From: an uncultured Eubacterium sp.
GTDB taxonomy: Bacteria > Bacillota > Clostridia > Lachnospirales > Lachnospiraceae
DNA: 64,000 bases
Direction of reading: 5' to 3'
NCBI GenBank assembly: GCA_900550135.1
Contig: URQO01000005.1
Coordinates: 925 to 64,924, forward strand
Under the pieces are notes generated by a model that was not told where the DNA came from, made no database searches, and saw nothing but the letters and a program-made list of their open reading frames with translations. Positions 18,839 through 28,789 of the stretch are shown one piece after another. The position numbers and the translations under genes are program-made. Every line of letters begins with the position of its first letter. The stretch's first letter is position 1.

Positions 18839-20244
18839 TATTTCACCATTTCTCCCATATAATAAAATCCTTTTGCTTCTTTTAAGTAAACATTTACAAG
18901 TTTTCCAATATCTTTTTTGTTCCCTTTAAAATGAACAACTGAATTGTTACTAAGTCGTCCTGAAACATATCCATCTATTTTCTTGTTTTCTTCTTCGATT
19001 AAAACTTCCTGTGTTGTGCCTTCAAGAAGTGCTGTTTTTTCTTTTGAAATTTCATTTACTACTGTAAGTAATCTGTCAAATCTGTCCTTTATTACATCTT
19101 CAGGTATCTGATTTTCCATCTTTGCAGCAGGTGTTCCTGTACGCTTTGAATAAATAAAAGTAAATGCAGAATCGTATCTTGCTTTTTTTACAACATCAAT
19201 TGTTTCTTCAAAATCTTCTTCTGTTTCACCGGGGAAACCTACAATAATATCAGTTGTTAAACCTATATCCGGAATAGCTTTACGTAATTTATCTACCAAC
19301 TCCAAATACTGTTCTTTTGTGTAATGACGATTCATTTTTTCTAAAAGTCTTGTACTTCCTGACTGTAAAGGCAAATGCATCTGTTTGCATATTTTCTTTG
19401 ACTTTGCCATAACTTCTATTAATTCATCTGACAAATCTTTTGGATGAGAAGTCATAAATCTTATACGCTTTAATCCTTCAACCTTTTCTACTTCCTGTAA
19501 AAGTTGTGCAAAAGTAATTGGCTTTTCAAGAGTTTTGCCATATGAATTTACATTTTGTCCCAAAAGCATAATCTCCACAACACCATTTGCCACAAGTTCT
19601 TTAATTTCACCAACAATATCCTGTGGATTACGGCTTCGCTCACGACCTCTTACATATGGAACAATACAATAACTACAGAAATTGTTGCATCCATACATAA
19701 TATTTACACCTGACTTAAAGTCATACTTTCTAACTGTCGGCAAATCTTCTACAATCTCTTCTGTGCCATCCCAAATATCTTCTATTTTGTGCCCGCTAAT
19801 TAATCTTTCATATAACAACTGGGCAAGCATAAAAACATTGTGTGTTCCAAAAATAATGTCTATAAATCTATAACTTTTATTTAGTTTATTAACAACTTCC
19901 TTTTCCTGCATCATACAACCACAAAGTCCAATAATCATGTCAGGATTTTTTTCTTTTATTTTTGACAAATAACCTAGTCGTCCATAGATTTTCAAATTGG
20001 CGTTTTCTCTAACTGTACATGTATTGTAAAGAACCAAATCAGCATGTTCATCATCTGTTTCCTCATATCCGATTTCAGTAAGAATGCCAAGTAATTTTTC
20101 TGAATCTTTAAAATTCATCTGACATCCAAAAGTTGCAACACAGGCTGTTAATTTACGCCCTAGTGCAGTTTCCTTTGCTTTTATTATCTCTTTGCATTTA
20201 TCTATATAATATTGTTGCTTTTCACTTTCCTTTGTAAAACTCAT
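18838..20244 (-). CDS. miaB: tRNA-2-methylthio-N6-dimethylallyladenosine synthase
   Basis: TFGCQMN, NTCTVRE, CNNFCSYC radical SAM motif, TRAM domain; stop overlaps mutS start (TAATG). Confidence 0.96.
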   Translation of the reverse strand: MSFTKESEKQQYYIDKCKEIIKAKETALGRKLTACVATFGCQMNFKDSEKLLGILTEIGYEETDDEHADLVLYNTCTVRENANLKIYGRLGYLSKIKEKNPDMIIGLCGCMMQEKEVVNKLNKSYRFIDIIFGTHNVFMLAQLLYERLISGHKIEDIWDGTEEIVEDLPTVRKYDFKSGVNIMYGCNNFCSYCIVPYVRGRERSRNPQDIVGEIKELVANGVVEIMLLGQNVNSYGKTLEKPITFAQLLQEVEKVEGLKRIRFMTSHPKDLSDELIEVMAKSKKICKQMHLPLQSGSTRLLEKMNRHYTKEQYLELVDKLRKAIPDIGLTTDIIVGFPGETEEDFEETIDVVKKARYDSAFTFIYSKRTGTPAAKMENQIPEDVIKDRFDRLLTVVNEISKEKTALLEGTTQEVLIEEENKKIDGYVSGRLSNNSVVHFKGNKKDIGKLVNVYLKEAKGFYYMGEMVK

Positions 20245-20256
20245 GTATATCTCCTA

Positions 20257-20799
20257 TTAATCACTTATAATTTCATCTAAAATAATGTCATGGGATTCTA
20301 TTTGAAAATCATCTACAATCTGAAAATCATATGATATGCCAATGTTATATGATGAACAGTTTGGTAAAAATCTATCATAAAATCCACCTGCCTGACCTAT
20401 TCTTTTTCCATTACCTGAAAAAACCACTCCCGGCACCAATATCAAGTCTGCTTCTTTTGCAGGTATAATACCTTTTGGCTCAGGAATGTTGTAATGTCCC
20501 TTTAATAAATCATAATTTTTATCTACATTTACAAAAATCATTTTTCCATCAGTACTAATAACTTTTGGTAATGCAACAGTTTTATTGTTTTTTAATGCAT
20601 CCTCAATTACCGGAACAACGTTAACCTCGTTTTGTATTGGATAATAACAATATATATATTTACTTTCCCTATATTTAGGATGATTAAGAATTTTATCACA
20701 AATAATATTGCTTTTTTGTAATACTGTTTCTTTTGATAACTTATTTCTTTTTGCTTTAATATTTTTTCTTAAAAAATCTTTTTGTTCTTTTATTGTCAT
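20257..20799 (-). CDS. 5-formyltetrahydrofolate cyclo-ligase
   Basis: IPEP, DLILVPGVVF, RIGQAGGFYDRFL, HDI. Confidence 0.9.
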   Translation of the reverse strand: MTIKEQKDFLRKNIKAKRNKLSKETVLQKSNIICDKILNHPKYRESKYIYCYYPIQNEVNVVPVIEDALKNNKTVALPKVISTDGKMIFVNVDKNYDLLKGHYNIPEPKGIIPAKEADLILVPGVVFSGNGKRIGQAGGFYDRFLPNCSSYNIGISYDFQIVDDFQIESHDIILDEIISD

Positions 20800-20800
20800 C

Positions 20801-21010
20801 TTAATGTTTTATTCTTCTTTCAACTTTTACTATTGTTCCATCTTCCTGTTCAATACTTACATTTTCAAGAGACGCCGTAACATTGTTGATAACAGCCATT
20901 CGATACTGATTTCTCAAATCTTTTTGTTCTTCTATTTCTTCTTCAGTAAGACCTGTTGTTTTTGATTTTTTATATAATTCATTTATTCTTTTAATTAATT
21001 TCTGATCCAT
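20801..21010 (-). CDS. DUF896 (YnzC/UPF0291) protein
   Basis: IKRINELYKKSKTTGLTEEEIEEQKDLRNQY. Confidence 0.88.
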   Translation of the reverse strand: MDQKLIKRINELYKKSKTTGLTEEEIEEQKDLRNQYRMAVINNVTASLENVSIEQEDGTIVKVERRIKH

Positions 21011-21011
21011 T

Positions 21012-22199
21012 TTATTTTAAAAAGATATAGGTTGTTTCTTTGTCTGATGTAACCGAACCTATATACTCTCCTTTCTCCTGTAAGATTACTTTTTTTGAAG
21101 GAAATTTGTGAATACAAACTACCTGATATTCTTTTCCAAACAATGGCTTTTCAACTGATGTAGAAATAACTGCATTATTATTTACAAATCTCACGTTATA
21201 TTCTTCCGGATATACAACATCAACTTCGTTGGAAATCAAATTGACAAACTGTGTACCGGAAGATTTTTTCATAACCATATAAGGAATATCTTCAATAACA
21301 GTGGCATTTTTTAATAAATATTCACCGGTTGTTGTTTTGTTAATACATGTATATATTTCCTTTGTCTCAATATCATAAAAAATAATATTTTCATCGTTAT
21401 TTTCATAATTGTATTTTGAGTAAATCAGAAAATTTTCAATAATCTTTGCATTAATAACCGTTGTATCAAAATATGCCTGATCAACAGCGTTCATAACTAG
21501 ATTTGGTTGGTCCAACTGCAAATCACTAATAAACTGCTGAATATTCAAAACAAATAATGATTCAACCGCCGCCTCTTCTTTTGTCAGATTTTCATGTCTG
21601 TCTTTTTCGAAAATCGAATATCCTGTTTTCATAATACAACATTTTTCATTGTAAGGTATTATAAATTCTATCCCGTTTTTTATTAAATTTTCATCTTTAA
21701 TAAAGATTTGTTTGTTCTTCACAAAATTAAAAAGTAATAAAGTAAAATCAACAAAATCTTTTGACTTTTTGTTTAAACTAAGTCTTGGTAATGCACGCTG
21801 AATAATAAGATTCGACTCATCTAATATAAATATCTTAATCTGTTTATTATCAGGATACAAATTGATATTGTCCTTTAAGGATATTATTCTTGAATGAGTG
21901 TGATCTGTAATATTGTATCTGACAATACTAAATGTTAAAGTACCATCTTCCATATCGGTATATTCAGTAAAATACAGATAATCGGAGTCCTTTTGACAAT
22001 CTGTAATATTAAATATATCCACTTTATCGACGTATGGCATTACTTCTTTTCTTACATTTTCTTCAAGATAGTACAGGAAATAACGCACCTTTGGAAGATT
22101 GTTAAAAGGCCCCTGCTCATACTCTTTTTCAAGTATAATATCATCTTTTATATGTAATCCATTGAAGTATTCTGACTGCGCTAAAAAACGTATATTCAT
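21012..22199 (-). CDS. Hypothetical protein, 395 aa
   Basis: Long ORF with SD AGGAGG; no recognisable motif, no signal peptide. Confidence 0.8.
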   Translation of the reverse strand: MNIRFLAQSEYFNGLHIKDDIILEKEYEQGPFNNLPKVRYFLYYLEENVRKEVMPYVDKVDIFNITDCQKDSDYLYFTEYTDMEDGTLTFSIVRYNITDHTHSRIISLKDNINLYPDNKQIKIFILDESNLIIQRALPRLSLNKKSKDFVDFTLLLFNFVKNKQIFIKDENLIKNGIEFIIPYNEKCCIMKTGYSIFEKDRHENLTKEEAAVESLFVLNIQQFISDLQLDQPNLVMNAVDQAYFDTTVINAKIIENFLIYSKYNYENNDENIIFYDIETKEIYTCINKTTTGEYLLKNATVIEDIPYMVMKKSSGTQFVNLISNEVDVVYPEEYNVRFVNNNAVISTSVEKPLFGKEYQVVCIHKFPSKKVILQEKGEYIGSVTSDKETTYIFLK

Positions 22200-22263
22200 A
22201 ATGCCTCCTAAAAAATATTTCCTATGTGCAGATATTGTATTTGCACAAACAAACTCAACTTAT

Positions 22264-22292
22264 ATCATACTACAATTCAGCAGAATTGTCAT
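22264..22292 (-). promoter_or_regulatory. Putative sigma-A promoter for the hypothetical-ynzC-miaB-mutSL-miaA unit
   Basis: ATGACA-N17-TATGAT. Confidence 0.5.
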
Positions 22293-22300
22293 TATTATTC

Positions 22301-23887
22301 TTATTTGAAACAGCTGTATGTTTTGGCAATATATTCAAATATTTTCATACCATCAATTGCTGCTGAGGTAATACCTCCGGCATATCCTGCCCCCTCACCT
22401 GCAGGAATTAATCCTTCTATATTTGACTGAAAATTTTCATTTCGTATAATTCTTACTGGTGATGATGTTCTTGATTCAATAGCTGATAATATTGTGTTAT
22501 CATTATCATACCCTTTTATCCTTTCACCAAAATAATCTATGGCTTCTTTTAAAGCCTGATTAATATAATCTGGAAAAATGTCATTTAAATCTGCAAAAGC
22601 ATATTTTCCTTTAATATTTGGTGTCACGTCTCCTAGTTTTGAAGTTTTAACGCCTTTTTTGTAATCTTCAAATCTTTGTACGGGAATCATTTTGTTTCCC
22701 GTAATATATGCCTTATGTTCAAGGGCTCTTTGAAATTTTATACCCTCTAAAGGATTTTGTTTTGTTCCATTGTAATCTTCCGGATTAATTGTAACCACAA
22801 TAGCACTGTTTGCATTTTCACCATTTCTTTTTGAGTAACTCATGCCGTTTACAACCTTCATCGAATCTTCTGATGAAGCATCAACAACATATCCGCCGGG
22901 ACACATACAAAAAGAATACACACCTCTGTTATTGCTGCTTTTGTAAGTGAGTTTATAACTTGCTGCTCCTAATCTGTTATCTTTAAAACCATACATACTT
23001 TTATTAATATCTGATTGTTTGTGCTCAACTCTAACTCCAATTGCAAAAGGTTTTGGTTCAATTTTTACACCTTCATCATAAAGCATTTCAAAAGTATCTC
23101 TTGCACTGTGACCAATTGCTAAAATACACAGTTCTGCTTCAAATACTTTTCCATTTGAAGTAGTTATTTTTGAAATTCTGCCGTTGCTGTAATATATTTT
23201 ATCAACTAATGTATCAAAAAAGAATGTTCCTCCTTTTTTGATAATATACTGTCTCATATTGTAAACTACTTTTTTTAATATATCGGTTCCAATATGCGGT
23301 TTTGATTCATAAAGTATTTTTTTATCTGCACCAAATTTCACAAATGTTTCAAGTACAAACCGGATACGATTTTCTTTATCTTTTATGCCTGTATTTAATT
23401 TACCGTCAGAAAATGTACCGGCACCTCCTTCGCCAAATTGTACATTTGTATTAATATTTAAAATTCCTGTTTTCCAAAAATCTTCAACTGCTTTTGCCCG
23501 TGTATCAACATCACTGCCACGTTCAATAATAATAGGATTGTATCCGTTTTGGGCAAGTAAAAGAGAGGCAAACATTCCTGCCGGTCCGAAACCAACAACA
23601 ATTGGCCTGTTATTTAATGTTTTTGTTCCACTAACAGAATATGTATACTTTTTTTCTTTAACTATTGAAACATCTTTTCTGTTTTTTGTATATTTTTTTA
23701 CATATATTCCAATTGAAAATATTTTTTCGATTTTATCTTTTTTTCTTGCGTCAACGGAATACTTTAATACCTTCCATGAATCTATGTCATTTTGGGAAAT
23801 GCCTGATTTTTTCAATGCTTTCTCTAAAGCATCATTTTCATCTTTATCTATTGGTAATTTTATATTTGAAACTTTAACTAAAACCAT
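22301..23887 (-). CDS. NAD(P)/FAD-dependent oxidoreductase
   Basis: VGFGPAG, QFGEGGAGTFSDGKL, SFCMCPGG, GEGAGYAGGITSAAIDG. Confidence 0.88.
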   Translation of the reverse strand: MVLVKVSNIKLPIDKDENDALEKALKKSGISQNDIDSWKVLKYSVDARKKDKIEKIFSIGIYVKKYTKNRKDVSIVKEKKYTYSVSGTKTLNNRPIVVGFGPAGMFASLLLAQNGYNPIIIERGSDVDTRAKAVEDFWKTGILNINTNVQFGEGGAGTFSDGKLNTGIKDKENRIRFVLETFVKFGADKKILYESKPHIGTDILKKVVYNMRQYIIKKGGTFFFDTLVDKIYYSNGRISKITTSNGKVFEAELCILAIGHSARDTFEMLYDEGVKIEPKPFAIGVRVEHKQSDINKSMYGFKDNRLGAASYKLTYKSSNNRGVYSFCMCPGGYVVDASSEDSMKVVNGMSYSKRNGENANSAIVVTINPEDYNGTKQNPLEGIKFQRALEHKAYITGNKMIPVQRFEDYKKGVKTSKLGDVTPNIKGKYAFADLNDIFPDYINQALKEAIDYFGERIKGYDNDNTILSAIESRTSSPVRIIRNENFQSNIEGLIPAGEGAGYAGGITSAAIDGMKIFEYIAKTYSCFK

Positions 23888-25056
23888 TACCCTTTACATC
23901 CTCCTGCCAAAATACCTGTTGCCCAGGCAAAATGAAGATTATATCCACCACAAATACCATCAACATCAAGAATTTCACCTGCAAAATACAAGTTTTTATG
24001 AATTTTTGATTCCATAGTATTTTTATCAACTTCTGTTACATCAACTCCACCGGCTGTTACCTGTGCATAATCAAATCCTCTTGTTTTTAAGACTTTTACT
24101 TTATAATTTTTTATTATATTTAATAATTCTTCAAACTGTATGTCCGTAATATCTTTACATTTTACTTTTTCAAGGTTGCATTCCTTTGTTAAGAAAAGTG
24201 CAATTTTTTCATTAAACATGTAATGTAGAGAGTTGGTAACCGTTTGATTTTTAAAATTGTTGAATATATTTATAAGGGATATTTTTAAGTCTTTTTTAGT
24301 ATATCCCGGCATAAAGTCAATTGTAATATATGAATTTTCTTCTACTGTTCTACTTAAATTAAATACAGGAATACCTGAGATACCATAATCAGTGATTTGA
24401 AGTTCACCGGTATATGAATTTGAAACATTGCTTACCTTTCCTTGAATTCTTACACCTGAAGCTTTATTTAAACTACATTTTTCTAAAACAAGAGCTGTCA
24501 AGGCCGGTTTTAAAAGACTTAATGTATGTCCAAAGTTTTTTGCAATATTATATCCACTTCCATCTGAACCGGTATTAGCAAAACTTTTCCCACCGGTTGC
24601 AACAATTAATTTGTCACATTCAAGTTCAATGCCAATATCAATTACATATTTATCTTTAACATGTTTTATACTTTTTATTTCATTATTAGTTTTAATTTTA
24701 ACATTATTATTTAATGCTGTTTCTCTCAAAAAATCAGAAACTGTAGTTGCCTGCATTCCTAAAGGGTAAAGATAACCGTTTCTATCAAACAACATTAGCC
24801 CTCTGTCTTCAAAAAAACTAATGATTTTATCTGTGTTTATTCTTTCCAATACACTATGTATAAAGTCTTTGTCTCCATAATATTTTGAAGAATCAAGACT
24901 TAAGTTTGAAATATTGCAATGCCCGTTTCCTGTTATATTTATTTTCCTGCCTATTTGGTTTTTGTGTTCTATTACTGTCACCTGGTTTTTGTTTTCTGCA
25001 GCAGTAATTGCAGCTGTCATGCCGGCAGCACCGCCACCTATTACAATTGTTTTCAT
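23887..25056 (-). CDS. HI0933/YhiN (BaiN-like) flavoprotein
   Basis: IGGGAAG, GRKINITGNGHCN, ATGGKS, VTAGGV, GEILDVDGICGGYNL; start at ATG 25056 (SD GAGGA). Confidence 0.9.
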   Translation of the reverse strand: MKTIVIGGGAAGMTAAITAAENKNQVTVIEHKNQIGRKINITGNGHCNISNLSLDSSKYYGDKDFIHSVLERINTDKIISFFEDRGLMLFDRNGYLYPLGMQATTVSDFLRETALNNNVKIKTNNEIKSIKHVKDKYVIDIGIELECDKLIVATGGKSFANTGSDGSGYNIAKNFGHTLSLLKPALTALVLEKCSLNKASGVRIQGKVSNVSNSYTGELQITDYGISGIPVFNLSRTVEENSYITIDFMPGYTKKDLKISLINIFNNFKNQTVTNSLHYMFNEKIALFLTKECNLEKVKCKDITDIQFEELLNIIKNYKVKVLKTRGFDYAQVTAGGVDVTEVDKNTMESKIHKNLYFAGEILDVDGICGGYNLHFAWATGILAGGCKG

Positions 25057-25076
25057 AAAACAATCCTCATCTTTCT

Positions 25077-25415
25077 TCAACTTGTATTTGCTTCTAAATA
25101 TTTGAATAGTTCTTCGGAATTTTCAAGATAAATACCATCTTCTAAAATTCTTTTTTCTTTGTCTGTTAAATTTGAAATTTTTATGTCAGTTTCCGCTACT
25201 AAAGTTTCTTTGTCACTTTTATATACAAAAATAGTTCCGGAAATTGCTTTAACCCAATAGCCATCTTCTTTTTTTGAATTATTGTTCTGATTTGTTTGCT
25301 CAGTGTTAACCACATTGTAATAATCCTCCAACACTGCTTTCATTCCACAAAAAAATGCTATTACGAAACCAACTATAAATACTGATAAATAAAAAATATA
25401 TGCACGTTTGTTCAT
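25077..25415 (-). CDS. BofC C-terminal domain protein
   Basis: N-terminal TM, then YWVK..G.IFVY..D.....ETDI...L......LEDGI......EL...LE, the pattern of clostridial BofC_C proteins. Confidence 0.6.
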   Translation of the reverse strand: MNKRAYIFYLSVFIVGFVIAFFCGMKAVLEDYYNVVNTEQTNQNNNSKKEDGYWVKAISGTIFVYKSDKETLVAETDIKISNLTDKEKRILEDGIYLENSEELFKYLEANTS

Positions 25416-25499
25416 TTTATAACTCCTTGCATATATTTTTTACATTTTTTCAAATATTATACATTTTTTATTAAAGTGTTATAATATTCACTTTTTATT

Positions 25500-27155
25500 T
25501 TATAATAAATGTATTTTTTTCAATAATCCTATTATTTTTGTTCCTTTTGGAATTGAATATAATTCATCTTCAGTAATGGTTTTTGTAAATATTAAAACAA
25601 CTGCATAAACTATAACGCCCACTCCAATTGAAATAACTGTCCAAATTGCATTTGATGATAAAATCATAATTCCAATTTTGTATACAGTAAAACATGCAAT
25701 TCCCATTACAAATGAACATATAAAAGGTCTTATGATTGTATAATGAATCTCCTGTTTGTATCCTAAATATCTCTTAATTGAGTATGAATTAAGAAGGGCT
25801 ACAGTCATTGCAAATGTAAAGTCTCCAATAACCACACCGTATATTCCCATTTTAAAGACAATCAATAAAATTGGTAAAACAATTAAATGAATACCAAGTG
25901 ATATTGCAGAGTTTTTTATTGGAACATTAAGTTTGTCAATTCCCTGTAAAATGGCATTGCTAATAGTTGACAGAGAAAATGCTACTACAGTAAAAATACT
26001 AAATGACATAATAAGGGATGTATCATCTATACTTCCTCCAAACAAAAGAGCATTTATCTGTCCACCTAAAACCGAAAGTCCCATCCCACATGGAAATGCA
26101 ATAAGCATTGAAAATTTCTGTGCAAGTGTTACTTTACTTTTTACAACTAAGCCATCACCTGCTACATACGATCTTACAAGGGAAGGCACAATAGCAGTTG
26201 ATAGTGATGATGCAATTGCTATAGGCATTGTTGTAAGAAGTCGGTAATAACCTGAATATACTCCCCATGCAGCACTGTTTTGCTTTTCAGGAGAATGGAA
26301 AATACCAACCATAATATTCTGATAAATAGGATTGTCCAATAAGTTTCCAATATTGTATATTGTTGTACTTAATAAAACAGGTGTAATTGTAAGCAATATA
26401 ACTTTTCCAATTGTACTGTAATTGTCAAGTACACCTGATTTGTCTCTTTTTTCGCGTTTTCTAAAATAATCTTTATTAACCCAAACAATGAAAAACATAA
26501 ATATAAGGGCTATAAGAGCACCTGACAATGTTCCAAGGGTTCCTCCTGCAGCAGCATATGAACTTTTTAAAGTTTCCTGCTCTGATGCAATTTTTGACAA
26601 TGTGTATCCATATGCACCTAATTCGTAGGCTGCAAGAATACTAACAAAAGCATTGACAATCTGTTCAAAGATCTGTGAAACCGCAGTTGGTACCATATTT
26701 CCCATACCTTGGAAATATCCACGAACAACACCTAAAACACAGGCTATAGTAAGTGTTGGTGCTAAAACTCTTAAAGCAACGGCAACAGGTGGCTGCTTAT
26801 AAACGGTCTTTGCAACCCAATCAGCGCCAAAGAATAAAAATAACCCAAATGCCGCACCAATTATTATGCCGTATAACAATGCTCCCTTAAATACTTTTCC
26901 GGCATTTTTGTACTGTTTCTTTTCTAATTTTTCTGAAATAATTTTCGAAACAGCAAGTGGCATGCTTTGTGATGACAAAAGTATAAGAATATTATAGAAA
27001 TCAAATGCGGTACCATAATATCCAAGTCCTACATCACCTAATATTCTATTTAAGGGAATTCTATATAATAATCCTATTACTCTTACAAGAATACCTGCAA
27101 CGGCAAGTATACTTCCCTGAATTAAAAAACTATTGCTTTTTGATTTTTTACTCAT
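25500..27155 (-). CDS. MOP-family flippase (MurJ/SpoVB/YtgP-like)
   Basis: RVIGLLYRIPL, RGYFQG, PTAVSQIFEQ, many TM helices. Confidence 0.88.
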   Translation of the reverse strand: MSKKSKSNSFLIQGSILAVAGILVRVIGLLYRIPLNRILGDVGLGYYGTAFDFYNILILLSSQSMPLAVSKIISEKLEKKQYKNAGKVFKGALLYGIIIGAAFGLFLFFGADWVAKTVYKQPPVAVALRVLAPTLTIACVLGVVRGYFQGMGNMVPTAVSQIFEQIVNAFVSILAAYELGAYGYTLSKIASEQETLKSSYAAAGGTLGTLSGALIALIFMFFIVWVNKDYFRKREKRDKSGVLDNYSTIGKVILLTITPVLLSTTIYNIGNLLDNPIYQNIMVGIFHSPEKQNSAAWGVYSGYYRLLTTMPIAIASSLSTAIVPSLVRSYVAGDGLVVKSKVTLAQKFSMLIAFPCGMGLSVLGGQINALLFGGSIDDTSLIMSFSIFTVVAFSLSTISNAILQGIDKLNVPIKNSAISLGIHLIVLPILLIVFKMGIYGVVIGDFTFAMTVALLNSYSIKRYLGYKQEIHYTIIRPFICSFVMGIACFTVYKIGIMILSSNAIWTVISIGVGVIVYAVVLIFTKTITEDELYSIPKGTKIIGLLKKIHLL

Positions 27156-27187
27156 AATTACTTTCTTTCTGTTTTTTCTTTGTTAGT

Positions 27188-28270
27188 TTATTTACTTATT
27201 TTTACTCTGTCTTTATCTTCATTTCCCACAACACAAATCCAAGTCTTTCCTTTATTTAATTTGATCTTTTCGCCTTTTGAGTTGTAGTATTCAGTCTGAC
27301 CTGATAGTTTGTCGCTTTTTGACCATGTAAGTTTCATGGCTTTTCCCTTTGTTATATACCAGCCACTTCCACTACCTGTTAAAGTCATATCAAGACTCTT
27401 ATTGTCAGGATATAATGTATAATTTACAAATTGAATAATAATATTTGAACAGTGAAGCTGTTTGTTATTCTGATCATCAATATGCTTCTTATTATACTGA
27501 TATCTATAATACTGTCCGTCTTTTTTGTTGAATGTAAACCAAGGTGCATTGATTCTGTAGCCAATTTCTACCTTGTTTGCGACTTCCTTTGTATTTGGTG
27601 TAAATGTGTTTTCATTAAACTGAAAATGCTGTGTAAAGTTCTTTTTATATGTTGTTCTGTATTTTTTCTTTGCTATTTCATTCTGTAGACTTTTTCCTGA
27701 AATAAAACAGTTGTGTGGTGCCACACGGTCTGTAGTTCTGAAAAATGCATTGCCTGAATTAAATGAATTGACAGTATCAATTGAACCACTCTTTAAATAT
27801 TCAAGTGCATATTTTGATTGTCCGAAATGACTGTAAATTGCATCCCATTCATTGGCAAACCCACAATAATAAATTCTACAGCTTCTTACAGAACCCATCT
27901 TTTTTAATTTTGAATAATTTTCAAAAATGCCCATTATTCTTGTAATGCTACCTTCAACAGGTGCTTCATAGCATACATCTGCATTTGAAAGTCCTGAGTG
28001 TGGAATTGCGTTGATAATGTTGTTGTACATAAGTGCTACAGGTCTTTTATTTGCAATCTTTTTGCTTACATATTCACCTGTAAGTTTACTTTGTATCTTT
28101 CCTGCATTAGGATCTTTTGTTGTTGTTTCAGGCTGATTTGTTGTTGTTTGTGCCTGTGTAGTTTCTTTTTCTGTTTTCTTTGTGCTACCAAATGCGATAA
28201 AAAATACAACTGCCACAGCAATAACAGCACATACAACTATTGGTATCACAATTTTTTTGTTTAACTTCAT
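27188..28270 (-). CDS. DUF3048 (YerB-like) membrane-anchored extracellular protein
   Basis: TM anchor, Thr/Gln linker, RPVALM, YEAPVEGSITR, GSVRSCR, APHN, GKTWI. Confidence 0.8.
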   Translation of the reverse strand: MKLNKKIVIPIVVCAVIAVAVVFFIAFGSTKKTEKETTQAQTTTNQPETTTKDPNAGKIQSKLTGEYVSKKIANKRPVALMYNNIINAIPHSGLSNADVCYEAPVEGSITRIMGIFENYSKLKKMGSVRSCRIYYCGFANEWDAIYSHFGQSKYALEYLKSGSIDTVNSFNSGNAFFRTTDRVAPHNCFISGKSLQNEIAKKKYRTTYKKNFTQHFQFNENTFTPNTKEVANKVEIGYRINAPWFTFNKKDGQYYRYQYNKKHIDDQNNKQLHCSNIIIQFVNYTLYPDNKSLDMTLTGSGSGWYITKGKAMKLTWSKSDKLSGQTEYYNSKGEKIKLNKGKTWICVVGNEDKDRVKISK

Positions 28271-28770
28271 TAGTTCTCCCTTGTAATATTAAGATTATTT
28301 AAAATTTCTTTCTGCATACGTTCCATATTGATACGCTCTTCATCAACTATATGATCATATCCAAAAAGATGTAACATACTGTGAGCAGTTAAAAACGCCA
28401 ATTCTCTTTTTAAAGAATGGTTGTATTCATTTGCCTGCTCTTTTACTTTATCATAAGATATAACAATGTCACCAAGCATAAGTTCTCCCGTATCCGGATT
28501 AAAAGAATCAATATCCTTTTCTACATTTGACAAGTCTCCGGGAGTATCATATTCAATCAATGGAAAAGATAAAACATCTGTAGGTCTGTCAATTTGTCTT
28601 TGCTCATTATTAATTTCATGAATGATATTGTTATCAACTATTGTAACATTGACTTCGCACTCATATGGACATTCCACATAGTTTATTGCCCCTTCAATGA
28701 CTTGTTTTATTATATCCTCATAATCAATATCTATTTTATTTTCGTATTCATTTTCAATAAAGGTACTCAA
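28270..28770 (-). CDS. ybeY: rRNA maturation endoribonuclease YbeY
   Basis: PTDVLSFP, LGDIVIS, HSMLHLFGYDH. Confidence 0.95.
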   Translation of the reverse strand: MSTFIENEYENKIDIDYEDIIKQVIEGAINYVECPYECEVNVTIVDNNIIHEINNEQRQIDRPTDVLSFPLIEYDTPGDLSNVEKDIDSFNPDTGELMLGDIVISYDKVKEQANEYNHSLKRELAFLTAHSMLHLFGYDHIVDEERINMERMQKEILNNLNITREN

Positions 28771-28789
28771 CTTTATCTCCTTATTAATA

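Noticed and set aside
20801..22300. SOS (LexA) control of the DUF896 gene as in B. subtilis ynzC
   Set aside because: No GAAC-N4-GTTC box seen in the upstream promoter region
25434..25462. SigF-like promoter before the BofC-domain gene (GTATA-N14-GTAAAAAATA)
   Set aside because: Spacing is short, and the region is too AT-rich to distinguish from chance
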